From Auanema rhodensis (taxonomy: Eukaryota > Animalia > Nematoda): a stretch of DNA of 64,000 nt. A program made the position numbers and the translations under genes. The stretch is from the NCBI GenBank assembly GCA_964057225.1, contig OZ059895.1, positions 15,004,001 to 15,068,000 of the forward strand, given 5' to 3'. Shown here piece after piece: positions 15,941-31,619 of the stretch. The notes beneath the pieces are model-generated. The model saw nothing but the letters and a program-made list of their open reading frames with translations, did not search any database and was not told the DNA's origin. Every line of letters starts with the position of its first letter. Within the stretch, counting starts at the first letter, position 1.

Positions 15941-16484
15941 CTACACTACTACTTCTTCATCCACTTCTTCATCCTTCTAACCGTTAAAACAATATAAAGA
16001 ATAAATTCATGTTAAATAACATATAAAGTACAAAAAATCTTCAGCATAAACAGCATAAAACAGCATAAAAATTTGGAATAATAAGCTTTGATACAACTAA
16101 AGATTAAAAACAAATATATACATTTGAAATACAACAAGTTAATGCTAGCACATGGACATTCATGCATGTGCATGTCCTCTAACTGTCCAGCCAACGTGTA
16201 CTTCACGTGTAAATCATCACGTGACTTTTACGTGTTTTTTTCATTTCGTAATATGCTAATTAGTCCCTGAGGCATTTAATTAAGTTAATGCTAACTGTTG
16301 GTCAGTCATACAATCTCTCGTATGATGAAAAATCTGTTTTTCACTCTCATTTCTTTGCCTTTTTCCTTTTTTTAAGAGATTTTTCTCCGATTTCATATCG
16401 ATCTTATATGTATATTTTCTTTATTAATAATTTATAAGAAGTCGTAAGATTTTTCATATAACTAGATCTCTCTTTCTCTCTCTT

Positions 16485-16540
<56 letters not shown>

Positions 16541-18131
16541 CATATTTCTTTCTATCATTTCCTCTATGTCTTTTCATATTTTTCTTGTTATTTTTAAACA
16601 TAAAAAGATGATGATATAGACAGATAGACATAGAGAGAGGTTATCATCTTTCTCATTTTCAAGTGCCAAGTCTTGTCTCAAGCTTAAGCTTTTCAGCGCA
16701 GTTTAGGATTTTGCAAATTGAAAATGATTGGAAGATCCATTGAAATTCTACTTGAAATAGAAAATATAATCGAAATTGAGTTCACAACTTCTTTTTTTTG
16801 TGAACAAAAAAAGTTTGAAGATAAGAAAAAGTAAACAAAGAATAGAGGAAGGAAGGAAACAAGCCAGACGAACAACGAGGGCTAAGCGATTGAAACTACC
16901 TTCATCTCATCATGATACTTCAAGTATTTTTCGATAAAAGAGAGAAAAAAAAGAAAAATTAAAAAAAGCAAAACAAACCTAAAACAAACTGATTTATGGT
17001 TGAAATGCAAATCTTCCATAAGTCCAGCTACATTGATGAGGCAGAGGAATAACCAGACAAGAAAATGTGGAAGGAAAGTCCTATTAACGTACGGCGGCCA
17101 GAGCAGCCTCATCACATCGTCAACGGCTAGAGATCCTGCAAATCATGAGATACACGATACATACGTGAGATAACAACGACGACGACGACGACGACAACGA
17201 CAAGAAGAATTCTGATATTGGAAACTGAAGATGAAATGAATAGTGGAAATACAAGAAAAATGGTGTGGAAGTGAGTTAGTTAAGATGAAAGTTGTTAGAT
17301 TGGGAACGAAGATGAAGGATGAAAAGGAAGGCAAGAGTATGAAGTCAGAGACGATGGAAGAGAAAATAGCAGAAGGAGCAGGAAGACAGAGAGACACACA
17401 GAGAGAACGGGGTTGGAGGAATGAAAAGGAAAAGAAATAAATGCATAAATGAAATAGAAAAGCTGAAATGATCTTCTTCTGCTGCTTCTACGTCTTCATC
17501 GTCTTCTTCTGCTTCTCTTTCTCCTTTCTATTATTTATTTATTTATGTATGTATGATACATTTAAGGACAAAAGACTCCCAGATGTCCAGCTTCATCTAC
17601 TTTCAAACAAAAAATGTTTAATACAGAGAGAGAGAGGGAGAGAGGGGCAAGAGAAGAGAAAGCGAGAGAAGGAGATATGGAGAGAAGAGAGAAAGGGAGA
17701 GAGAGAGAGAGACGAGAGCTAGTAGAAGGAGTTAAAGATAATGATATGGACATTGAGCATGAAACAGAAAAGTTGCTGTGGCATCTTATGCAGCTACTAC
17801 AGCTTACAGCACTGGCACTCAGATGGTATTGGCCTTTTCACTCTTCTTTCTCTCTTTCTCTCTCTCTCGTTCTCTCTCTGTACGTTCACAAAATCTAAAC
17901 GAAGTTCAAAAACAGCAGCAATGAACGGCTGGGATTGGAATACGTCTAGTTAGCTTAATGGCTTGTTCTAACGGATCTTCAGCCCAAAAAGTCGAAAAAA
18001 TTAAAATAAACGAGCAGCTATGACCTTAAAGAACAACAAAAAGCAATGGGAAATGTGAAATTGAGAGAGAGAGTTGAAGATTAAGAGAGCAATGAAGAGC
18101 GCAGCCAAGAGAGATATATAGGAAATGAGGG

Positions 18132-18162
<31 letters not shown>

Positions 18163-18401
18163 TCGGGAACAAGGGACATATAAGGAACATCGTATACGTT
18201 TGCTCCATCCTTCTCAATACCTTATTGGGTTGAAGGCTCACAAACGAGACAAGAGCTGTAAGCTCTCTCTATCTCTCACATGCTGTTTCATCACTCCTAA
18301 GAGATCAGAAGCATGGAAACACCTTGGTTCAATTCCAACAAATATCAACAAAACATGAAAAAGGCAATCCAATACGTATTAAAAAGAAAATGAAAGAGAC
18401 A

Positions 18402-18466
<65 letters not shown>

Positions 18467-19521
18467 TGATAGAGAGAGTGATAGAGAGAGAGAAAAAGAG
18501 AGAGGGAGATGTGGAGCAAGTTTGAGTGAAATTCTCGGAAAGTTTTCAATCTGCTGCAGTTACCTAGAGCCACTACGCAGTCTGTGCTGGGTTTCTCGCA
18601 CAGGGCTATTTCAAGAAAAAAATTTTTTTCTTGCACCAAAATGTCCAGCACATTGTTATTGGTCTTGTCTCAATTTTTCTTTTTTTTCCGAACAAGGTAT
18701 TGTGCTAAAAAAATTTTTTTTGTTAGTTTAGTTTGTTCTTGAAGATAACTGAGAATCCATATTTTCTTTACTTTTTTGTTTTTTTTTACTTCTCTCCCCC
18801 CCCCCCCCCCCTCTCTCTCTCTATCTCTCTAACTGTCTCTCTTTATTTCTCTCTATACTTCTAAATTCCTTCTCTTTTCCCTTATACCTCTATTTTCTTT
18901 TTCCTTTTTTTTTGTTTATTTAACTATTTACTTCTCCTTTTCTCCCAATTCACATCTCAATCGTTCCTTGCTTGTTCATATCTCTCTCCTTCCTCTGCCT
19001 CCCTCTACTAACTGCGTACTCTTCTCGTCCTTATTCTCTTTTTAAAAAAAAAAGAAGAGAAAAAACTATGAAACAACATGGAAACAATTCAAAATAACCC
19101 CTTAAGCATAATGAAAATGAAGCTCAAACCACCAAAAACATTAAGAAAATAGAAAGGACTGAAGTAGTAGCAGAAGGACTGATAACAAAGTTGCAAGACG
19201 ACGTGCAGAGAGAAGGCCGTCAACGATGTGGATGCTGCAGAAGGCGACAACGACGTTGAAAAGTAGGAGAAGCAAAAGAAGAAAAAAGTTCTTTTTCGTT
19301 TATTTTCTGTCGTCATTGAGTTGTCACCAAAATATTTTCGTTCATTGAGAAGGAAAAAATAAATAATAATTACTACTTTGCTTCTTAAACGACAAAAGAA
19401 TAGAAGGAGATTAGGATGAAATGGAAAGCAAAGTTGATGGACAAATGAGGAAGAAAGGTAATTTATATCCAAATCTTCATCAGGTGATCATAGTAGTAAG
19501 AGTATAGAAGATATGAATGAT

Positions 19522-19675
<154 letters not shown>

Positions 19676-19983
19676 CTGTTTAGAGCATGGCTCATTCACC
19701 TTTACATGAAAACGTAAAGAAAACTAAAGAATATGAGGAAGAGAAGAAGTGAATGTTGATGATGATGAAAGAGACGACAAATCTAAATTCAAAAGAATGA
19801 TGCAACTTTGTTTTTAAATTTCTTCTCCACTCATCTTCAGTATTGAAGAGAATAATATTCTAAATAATTATAGTTTTATGATTGAGAGAGACAATTCAAT
19901 TGATTTCCAACTTTCAAATAAATCCCAAAAAATGGAGGGAACTAAAGGAAATGGGAAAGAAATATGGAGAGAGAGAGAGAGGT

Positions 19984-20019
<36 letters not shown>

Positions 20020-20196
20020 GGAGTCCAGATAGAGATAGGACTTCATGTGAACGTAAAAAAATCTTTTATAACAAAGAAAAATAAATTATAAAAATAAAAT
20101 TAATAAATTATTCTACTTCGACTTCAAAATCTAGAAAAATAGATGAAAAAGGTAACAGTTTGATTGAATTGAAAATATAATTTTGAAAAAATCGTC

Positions 20197-20293
<97 letters not shown>

Positions 20294-21637
20294 CGTCTTA
20301 TGTTTTTGCTTGAATTCGGAGTAACCATACTAACTCCTATATGAATATTAATGCTCGTTTCTGGAGCACAAACAACAGGGAATCTAGAGATCTTGAATCA
20401 GTTCTCAAACTTTTGCAACAAAGTTCTGATTTGAGTGCATTGTACCTGTGGCGTGTTTGAAGTTGTTAGCAGGGTACAGCTAACAGTCAGGTTTGGATGT
20501 GAGCTCTGAGAAGGCTAAGCAGAGCATGTCTGTCATCAGCTTGTCTGTTCAAGCTTGCTGGGCAACACCAACATACACGGCGGACACACTACATACACAC
20601 ATACACTACACAACGAGAACGACGAGAAAAGAGGGCGGAGAACTGAGCATGGATCAGAGCATGTGTCCAACGTTGCGAATTTGATTTCAGAAGAAGAATA
20701 TCCGAATAGCTTGTTGGAAGATGAAGATGTGAAGGTGAGAGACAACGAAGATGAGCTAGCACTTCTCATGGGATTATCAGAAGTTGGACAACGAGTGAAC
20801 TTCGAATGATCGGAAGTCATGATACTCACTGAATGGAAGACGTCAAACCATAGAATCGAGAATGAAAGTAAGTTGAATAGGGCGAGAAAGAAAGAAAGAG
20901 AGATAGAGAGAGAAAGAGATAGAGAGAGGGGAGAGGGAGAGAGAGAGGGAGAGAGAAGGGGCAGATGGATGGAGTGAAATAGAGAAAGGAACGGAATGTG
21001 AAGATGAAGAAAGAGGTGATTGCAAGTAGGGATTTAGGTGGAGGAGGGTTAGTCAAAAGATATGACAGAATGAAAGAGAGCAGAGAAACATCAGAAGTAG
21101 TTGGAGAATGATCATGCTGAGCACGAAAAACTCATGAAGAAAGCATGAACTTAGACGGATCCAACGCAATTCAGCTCAGAGAGAAAGCGGCTTCATGGGA
21201 GGTCAAGCTTGCCAAGCTTATCTTAGCCTGATTAAGCATAATAATAATATTTTTAAATTTAATATATTTACGAGTAGATGGATATTTTAGTTTTGAAAGG
21301 AAAAAAGTAGAAAATTCGGATGGCAGTACAGAGATGAGCAGGAAAAAAGGGGCCAGCTGAGCATGAGCATAACCTAATAAGGCAAAAAGAAAAAAGACCA
21401 ATGAATAGGAGGAAAAGAAGCAGTTCAAGCTTTTGCTTGTCATTGACGTCTTCAACCATCTACTCTTCCACTTCAGCTTCAGCTTTTTTGCCTATTTTGC
21501 TAAGAAGAGACAGAAGGCAATGACGATGAGATGGTTGGTATCCCAGCAAAAGAGAATAATATGAAGCTGGCACTGAACACACTGGAGAGCAGGACAGAAT
21601 AGTTAGGAAGAAAGGAGAATAAGATAAAGAGAGAGAG

Positions 21638-21686
<49 letters not shown>

Positions 21687-22338
21687 AAGGGGAAAATATG
21701 AAGACGACGACAAGGAGCGACAACGAATGGTGCTGTAGCAGGTGATGTTAGTAGAAGTTGCTCAACACATACACAACCGGCAGATCATTTCGTTCCAAAA
21801 CGAATACATGAATGAAATATGAGCATGATTGGAGCAACAACATCAATTCATCGTCGAAAGCTTTAACTAATCTTATAAAAATTTCAATGAAAAGCTGAAC
21901 AACAGTAAGCTAAGTTAAGCATTTTGGTGAAGAAAATTCTATGGTGAGATATATGAAGTCTTTGATCTTACAACAGGAGGAAGTTAGATCTTGTACTTCA
22001 ACGGCAAAATGCCAGAAGCTTGAATATTCAAGTTTATCAAGAGCTTAACAAGCGAAATATCATAGTAACACTGTAGAGTTGAAGCTATACATCTACTATG
22101 AGATTACACTAAAACTTAACACAAAATGCTGAAAAGCTGAACCTGAGCAATACACGTACACACAAAGAAGGCGGAGGAAAGGCTGAAAGAACCAAACTAG
22201 AGGCGGAGCTTAAGCTGCGCTGCTATACACGTCGGCCATGACCAGAATGTCGACGTTGACTCCGCCTACCTGTGAAGTACACTAAAAGTCGTAACGATAA
22301 AGCTGGAGAGTAAAAAAGACAGAAAACTATATAGATAG

Positions 22339-22379
<41 letters not shown>

Positions 22380-23248
22380 CTCAGGTTAAAATAGAGGAAT
22401 AGACAGTGAGAGACAAAGTGGGGGAAGGAGAGACAGAAACCGAAAATCTTCAAACTTGAAACTTAAAACTTAATTCTTCAAGTTTGAACACACAAAAAAA
22501 AGTTCAAGTTACGGTATAAAGAGTAAAAACATTCAATATGTCCATCATTGAATGGCATCATCATCATGCTTTGATGCAGATGATAGATCATTCCCAGTAA
22601 AAGACTTTGAAACTGACTGAATGAAGCTAGAAGCTGGTGGCATTTCCTCACTTCTACATAAGCTATATATGGCATCATGTCTGACGATCATGATGCCATT
22701 CAAAGCTCTACCTATCTGCTGCTACTGGCCTGTCAACACACTTTTGAAGTTCAATAAGCTGACGACTGACATATCATCAGACGATCGGAACGACACCGAA
22801 CTAATGCACAAGTTCAAGTTCAAGCTTTGTGTTGATTATTCATGAAAGATTAGAATAGATCTTTCTCTCGCACGGAATAAGATGAAAGAAAAAGGCAAAC
22901 TTTACAACAAAAAACGGAAGTAAGGCTGTTGAAGGGAAATTTGGCTAAAAATCGCTGTCGAAGACGAAGAGAACGAAATGAAGAAGGGTAGCAGAGTAGG
23001 AGAGAGAAGGAAGATTGTAGGGTTATGCTTTTGGTTCTTCTGCATAAATCTGCGTATACATCTATGTATCTGGTTGTGTGTCTGTGTCTGTCTGCCTGTC
23101 TCCTTATGTCTGTGTGTTGTTCTCAGCTATTTTCTTTGTTTTCTTTTTTTTCAGCTCAACGTCTTCTATTCTTCAATAATTACTTCAAATAATATTAAAC
23201 AAAACGGCAATAGATACATATAAATCTAATCACAATCCTTCAAAATAG

Positions 23249-23334
<86 letters not shown>

Positions 23335-23681
23335 CTCTCTCTCTCTGTACATCGGTTGCACGAAGTCTGTATGCTCAGCTCCTACTTCTTTTTTCTGTCA
23401 ATTTCTCACGGCCTATCTTTCCATCAGCCTACGGTCTTCAGTTCGTTGTGCCCTCCGACCCCTCTGCCACCCTTCTTCTCATCTACCCCAACACACAAGG
23501 ATACATCTCATCTTATCCAATTATCATCAGTTTTTCATCCTTGTTCGCTATTCAAATACAAAAAAGAAAAGAAAAAGATGAATAAGAGAAACCTATTTCG
23601 ATACATAACTCAATATATTCCTTTAATGATCAAAAATTAAATGAACATATTGTTATTATTCTCTCTCTCTCTATAGCTCTC

Positions 23682-23744
<63 letters not shown>

Positions 23745-24917
23745 TTGTTTCTTTTACTGTCATCTGAGTATTGTAGATGTTTCTTGTGCTCACCACAACT
23801 GTTCGTCAAGAACTTCATATCAATGCCCAAACACAATAAGACTGAACAGTTCAAATTTTCTTCTTTTCGTTGAAAAGAAAAAAGAAAAAGAGAATTCTTC
23901 AAAGCTTAGTACATCAACATGTATCGTCTATTACAACTATTTTCAAAAGATTTGCCATTGAACCTGAAGTGAATATGAGAAAATTGCTGGGAATTATGGG
24001 TATTGGGCCATACAAACACAAATATCAAAACTTGTAATCAGATGAATTCAATAGCTTATCATTCTCTCTCTCTTTCTCTCTTTCTCTCACTCTCTCTCTC
24101 TCTCTCTCTCTCTATTATTCTTATAGTATATTCCTTATTTATACAGATATAGGTAACGGATAGCATATTTCACAAACATTTTTCAAAACAAAAAAAAAAA
24201 ACAAAAATGTGATTTTCTAATCAAAAAACCTTATTGATCTCTCTCTCTCTCTCTCCCCCCCCTTCCCTCTCTTTCTCTTTTGCCATTTTTCTTCAATAAG
24301 ATAGCTAACAACATGTATTTTGGTGACAAAAATCAGTTTAACACCAATAGTTAGTTACAAAGAGAACAAACTACTCTCAGAATATTCACTATCTAGCAGA
24401 TATAAGGGAAAAGATGGAAAACGAAAGAGAAATAGGAACGTAAATGAGAATCAATCAATAACTCTTTTTTTAAAGAAATAACAAATAAACAAACAAATAA
24501 ACAAATAAAATAAAACGACGATAGAAAAACATCATCTTCAAACTTCACAGCATAGAGACAAAGCTGGAAAATGATGGGAAATAGAAAAGCTTTTTGTCAC
24601 TTGGATGATATGCCCACATTGTAGAATTTCTTTCTAATAATAATAATAATTATTATTTTTTATTTAATGACGTCATACATCAATCGATACATACAATACA
24701 TATATGAAAAACGGAAATGTGAGCAGAAATTGAAATTAGAAAGTGAGAATTGAGCAAATGAATTGAGCATGTGGAAATTGCATGAGATTCAACATGATGA
24801 CTAGTAAAGTTTTTGGAAAAAATGTACAAAGAAGAGGACCTAGAAGAAGAAAATTATGCTATTGTTATTAGAATAGAAAGCAATGCAATGGCAAGTAAAA
24901 TGGTGAAAGACAAAATA

Positions 24918-24995
<78 letters not shown>

Positions 24996-25259
24996 AAGAG
25001 AGAGGGAAAGAGAGACAGAGGCCTGGTAGAGAAATGGCTTAAAGGTGAGTGAGTTGACACACACCTGAAACAATAAGCGTTAAGCTTCTCCTCTATTTGC
25101 ATTCATGCTCTACAAAAAGTGAACAAAAAGACATAGAAGCGATGGTGGTGCATATGCCCTGAGGGAGCATTTGCTCATAAAAGGAGAATGCAGTCGAGAT
25201 TTCAGGTAAATAGTACGGATGCATGGAACACAAGAAAATGAAATGTTGATAACGAGTAT

Positions 25260-25300
<41 letters not shown>

Positions 25301-25519
25301 GAGAGGAGAAAACTTGAATAGTTAAGGAAATTATTATAACAACGATTATTATGGGAAATATTTCAAAGAGATCGACAATATAATTCATAAGATTCAAGAA
25401 AAAAAATTGAAAATATACTTAACTATACATATTATTAAATTATAATAATTAATCCAACCTTTATTTGATAAGTCATTTAGAGAAGCTGTGTAGAACATCT
25501 TCTTCCTCTCTCTCTCTCT

Positions 25520-26109
25520 CTATCCTCGTCGACCAGATACCTGAATTATCAATAGATCGACATAGAACATCTCATTTTTGGAAATTAATTCACTTCTGAA
25601 TCTCACAAACTTACATTATCTTCAATGAGTAAAGTGAGATTACGTTGTAAATCCTTGGTTATCTGATTAACTGGATCCATATCATCTTCTAGACATTTAC
25701 CAATTTCCAGTAATTCTTTCTAAAACAATGTTGCATCATTGAAACAACTAATAAAACTAATTTACAGCTTGAACTAAAGCTTGAAGCGTAAGTTCCATAC
25801 TTTGAAGTTGACAAGCTCTTCTCCATTTTTCTCTTATACATTCTTTAGCAGATTCATAATTGCCTATAGAACGTAAAACTACTATTCGTGAATTCAGCTG
25901 TAATATTCTCATTTCATTCAGTCAAATATCCAATTCTTAAAACATACATTATCAATACGTTCTTCTAGACTTCGTACAGATGTTCGAATTTCATTTAACG
26001 TGTCCGTTGTTTGACGTAACTTCTCCTCTTTCCACGTTTCTCGCCAAGATGTTGTTGAAGCTGTTGATGCTTGACTTGACGTTGGTGAGGTTGAAGCTGT
26101 CGAATCCAT
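25520..26109 (-). CDS. Uncharacterised 139-aa helical/coiled-coil protein; exons 26109-25948, 25897-25766, 25719-25615, 25540-25520
   Basis: Three GT-AG phase-0 introns join MDSTAST...WKEEKLRQTTDTLNEIRTSVRSLEERIDN / LNSRIVVLRS...MELTLQALVQA / KELLEIG...LTLLIEDN / VSGRRG*. An acceptor-like TTGTATAG lies 7 nt before the ATG. Confidence 0.8.
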
Positions 26110-26681
26110 GATCAAGCTATACAATCAAATGAGAAAAAGCAGCAAATATAGAAGAAGAAGAAGAAGAAAACGAAAGAGAAAAAAGGATAATATCGCTGTT
26201 ATTTGTAGTATAAAGAACAATCAAATCAACACAATTATTAGATGAACTAATCATTTCAAAAAAAAAAAACAACAAAAAAACAAATGATAAAACTTAACGA
26301 CTGAAGTTGATAGCATTAAATGATCATATACTTTGTACAAAATGTTTAGAATTATAAGAATAATTGTCTATTTATTGACTAATCTTTACTCTTTTATTTA
26401 TAAAATGTTTATTATTTAATGCAAAGAAAACATAAAAAATATACTAAATATCTTACTATACTATGTTTATATAACATATAGTTAATAGAATAATAATAAT
26501 AATAATATATGATATACATGTATATACTTAAATATAAAAGAATATTTATGTTTAGTATCTTTTCTTACTAAATATATTGCCTCAGGATATATACACACAT
26601 ACATACATACACACACATATGATATGTTTGGTAACAACCAAAACTGGTATAAAACTTTGTATGAAAAAAGAAAATTGCTTA

Positions 26682-26714
<33 letters not shown>

Positions 26715-27631
26715 TGGATAATCTAGACAGGAACACACACCAGAAGACAAAGATGAACGACACTTCGTCTAATTAAGATTAAATGTTATCTTTACATTGC
26801 ATCATCGTGTAAATCTTAAGAACTACAATTATTTTTTGTTTTTAAAATCCAATTATGAAACCTTATCTGTATTCTCTCTCTCTCTCTCTCTCTCTCTCAA
26901 AAAAGCATAATTTCATAATCATAATATTACTTTTAAACGAATGAATAATAATAATTGGAAAACGTGGCCCTGTGCCAACACGTTGTCATAATGCCATTCA
27001 TGCTTCTTCAAAATCCAGCTTTTCATCTATTATTTTTAAGAATAAAGTAAGAATTAAAACATTTATATTAAAAAATTTAATAAAAAAAACTGAAAAAAAA
27101 ATGATTTGACTTGTAGTCTTCATGATAACATTATAAAATGAATATATATATATATATAGTAAACTATCTAATATAAAAGCTTTTACAAAGAATATAATAT
27201 TCAGCATTAATTCACTACACTTATTGAAAATATTAAAAAAATATGGAAATGCTTTAAGATAAACGAATAAAAAAAATTGGCAATATAGCAAATTAAACCC
27301 AGTTATTATAAATCTGACAAGATGATAATAGATCAAAAAAAAAAAAAAAAGACTGTATTGTGGAAGGGAGGAGGGGTGTTGGTGCTGTGTAAGTGTGGTA
27401 AGACAAGAGATGTTGGTAGTGTAGGGCGAGAGGGCCAGGAAGAGGTTCAATATTGATTGATTGAAATACAAAATTTACAAATCTATTGAATCAAATATAC
27501 ATCATATAATATATGAAGTTATATACATTTGAATATAATTAGTATAATATAGCATATAATTCTCTAAATTAAGCTGTTGTAATGCTTTATGCCCTACGAG
27601 GAGATGGTATTCATGAGTGTATGTGAGGTAT

Positions 27632-28593
27632 TTACAGTACAGAATCCTTCAATGGATCTGGTACAACTCGTGAGAATCGTCGGCCATTTCGTCGATTCAT
27701 GAGTTTTTCCGATAGAATTCCAAGAACACCTCCAGTATCGAAGACCTGAAGTGATGTGTTAAGTAAAAATATTAATTATATATAATAATATTAGAATATA
27801 TAGTAAAATACAAACCTGGGTTATGATATCTTGAGCTTCATCCTGACTTTTACTCATTAAATTCAATTGAGCTTTTAATAATCTGAAATAATAAGCTGAT
27901 AATAGCAATTTATTCATATATTTTTAAAATTTGAAAATGAATGCAATCGTTCTGTGTGCAAGCTGATTCAAATCGAAAATGTTCTGTTGTAGATCATTGG
28001 AAATTCAAAAAAAAAAGAAGGAAAAGTAGGACAACTCCGGTATTACATCATGAAGATGCTGATGTTAAGAGATCTTACCTTAAGTTCCATGTGAAGTTTT
28101 CAGCAGCTCTTGTAGCCTTCTGTCCTTTGATGCCAGTTTCTTGGCATAAAGATGTTAATTCATCATGACTATTTGAAATACGTTGTATTGATTCTTCAAT
28201 CTAAAATAGTTAACTATGCCTTGTTATAGTTATATAGTTAAAAATTAAAAAAAAAATTTTTTTTTCATCTAATAGTTCTTAACTCATTTTGAAATTGTCA
28301 TTGATGTATGTATGCATTCAACATAACATTTTGGATAATATAAGGAAAATCAAATATATCTTAAAAACTTTTTTTTGAGCATAAGTTTAGAAAAATTCCC
28401 TTTAGAGACATGTACTTTTGCCATTTCTTCGTTTACTCTCTTTTCTTTATCTTTTTTTTTTATTTCTTTCTTTGCTCTTTTATAAGAAAAGCTCCCGCAC
28501 CCCTTTCTCTTTCTCTTCCTTTCGTCCCTTCAGTTTATTCTCTCTGTAGATGATCTCTCTCTCCCTCTCTCTCTCTTCCTCTCTCTCTCTCTT

Positions 28594-28665
<72 letters not shown>

Positions 28666-30903
28666 TCTCTCTTTCTTGTATATTTTGATTTAAACTCAGA
28701 TGGAGATAACGCGCACATCTTCGAAATGGTTAGTTGCCATTTGAAATAAGAGAGCTTGATTTCAAATTTGTTTTTCATTCGTTTAAGATGTATATATCAC
28801 AAAAAAGTCGAAAAATGAGCATTAAACGTTTTGTACTTAGCACATAGAGCTGCCGAAAACGTTTTGGAGCTAGATAAATGAAGATGTAAACGTCCGATTA
28901 CACGAAAATTGTCGAGCTTGGCCGGCTGCCATTACACTTTTAAGTCATTTCCCTTTTCTGACTTCAATCTCTGGCCAAGCTACTATCTTTGGCTTAAGAA
29001 ACAAGTTACAACAGCTTGCTTGATAATGGTAGTGTATTATGAGTCAGAAGACAATATGACATTGTCTATTTGGCATAAAGATATAGAACTGATGAAAAAG
29101 ATTTTGACATTTTCCAAATGACTCCAGGGAATTTGAATTCAAGAAAGGCCCGGGGGTTGTCTATGTTTTTCGGATCTGATTTGCTCATCATCCAGTGCAT
29201 TCGTTTTTTCTCTATCATAGAGAGCAAGTGGCTAATCTTTTCCAACATATTCTCTCTCTCCCTCTCTCTCTTTAATTTGTTCATTCGAATATTCTCTCAG
29301 TTTTTCCTTGTAATCTCTCACATTCTCTCTCTCTGTATTCTTTTCATGTCCACCCAGTCTGTTTGCACTTCTCCAGGGGATAGATGAGCTTTAGACTTTA
29401 TAAAGTACCAAATAAACTATATCAAACTAAACGATGTACTGATGAAGAAGTAAAATTTCAATTAGGAAATTCTTCTATGTCTTAGCATATTGAATTCATT
29501 AGCAGCTTATAAAGCTTAATTCAATAATCAGGTTTTATCATGTTTCATCAAGTTATACTTATGAATGTAACGAACCTTAGCTAAGAGGGTATCAGCTAAT
29601 TCCAATGTCGTCACACTGTGTGCAATCAGAATCTTCAGCTTTTGGAATGTACGTTGAAGTTGTTCAGGCAACTGTCCATTCACAACAACAACTGGGAACT
29701 ATAATAAATAATAATATTTAATTATGCTAATTATATTTTAACTTACATTTCGCTCATCAGAATCAACATAGAATGATGGAATAACATATTCACCATTTCG
29801 TATATCTCCATGAGTTGATGGAGATGGTGGAGGAGAAGCTGAAAAAGTACACATAGTTAACACATCTTAACTATATCATTCTGATTGTAGCTAGTAGCTT
29901 GTAGAGTAATAGATATGTATATGTATATACAACAACATACCATTGGCAGCTAATGTGATCATTCTTGAATGAATTAAACGGATGCCTTGTCTGATTGTAC
30001 CTGCAGGTCCTAAGCCACATTCTTCTTGCCAATTCACCTAAAATATTAATATGAATATAGTATTATAGTATATAGTATACATAGTATATAAGTTATACTA
30101 TAGCTTAACTATTTATTCTAATTATACTTACCAAAGCTGCTTCTAGCTTGCTTCGCATATTAATACTTTCAGCCAATGGTGCAACGGCTGATTTGAATTG
30201 CTCATCAACGCTACGAATACCAACCAACTTCATTCCTTAATTAATATAATTTACTTGTTGTTTATATATATATATACTATATGATATAGTTAAAAATGAA
30301 ATATATACATAGTAAGACAAGTGACTAAAAAAAATTTTTAAAAAAAAGAGAGAGAGAAGAGAACCAACCTGTATTGACACGAGAATTTCTTCTCTTAACT
30401 GACATACCACGCTTCTTGGCTTTCTGAAAAGTAGGCGGATCAGTAAGTTAGTCTGACAATTTTCTTTTTTCTTTTCTTTTTTTTTCTTCTTCTTCTTCCA
30501 AATTTATCGAAAAATCTGGAGGACAGATGAAAGTCAGAAAAGAGCAAGATGAGAAAGACTATAAAAGAGCAAAGAAATTAAATGAGTAAATATGAAACAT
30601 GTTGCAAATATCTGACATACAAACGATGTAACATTATCTTTCTTCAATCTTATACTATACTATATAGTATATACATAACATAGTTAACTCTTATGTATAT
30701 TTATATTATTTATATGTATATAGTATATAGTACGAGTTAGAAGTGAAGCAGATTGGTCGCCCTGATAGTTAAGAGACAGAACATTATACATATGGATATA
30801 AATTGAGTTCACATGTACTTGAAAGCTCAAACAAAGTCCTTTTCTCTTCATCAACTCGTTGAAATGTATGTGCAAACCTTCAATACTATATCCTTCGTTC
30901 TAA

Positions 30904-30947
<44 letters not shown>

Positions 30948-31249
30948 CATATAGAAAAAAGTATAATATACATATAGTTAAGACAATCTATTTTCTTTTC
31001 TCGTCATTTCTCGTTTTTTTCTTCTTTTTCTTCGTCTTTTTTTCGTCTTTTTGTTATCTAATCTAGTGCACAAAATGACCAAAAGAAAAAATAAACAAAA
31101 AGAATGAGCAACAAGAGATAAATTTCATAGCCTTAGGCCATTTTTTTTCTTTTCTTCATTTTTTTTGACTTCAATCTTCTTCATTTGTCTTTGGCATGCC
31201 ACTAGACACATCAAATCGAGAGCATTGAGAGAGAACAAAAGAAAGAGAG

Positions 31250-31321
<72 letters not shown>

Positions 31322-31576
31322 AGAGAGAGAGAGAAAATTTGGAATAGTTCAATATTTTCTTAAAATAACCATATTATAGTATGTGTTTATTGCCCTCATG
31401 CATCCTTCTTCGCTTTTCCCAACACCCCCATACTCCCCGGTCCACTACTCTATCCTTGCTTCTCACATGCCTACAAATATCAATCGTCCATCAGAATTAC
31501 AAGCATGAAGTAGTACTACCAGATTTGATGCTTGTCAGCTTCTTTGAACTATTGTCTTTGTATATTTAAAAGTCAA

Positions 31577-31619
<43 letters not shown>

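Noticed and set aside
28915-28981. 9-bp inverted repeat agcttggcc/ggccaagct
   Set aside because: Short arms, long unpaired spacer and no TSD; compatible with chance.
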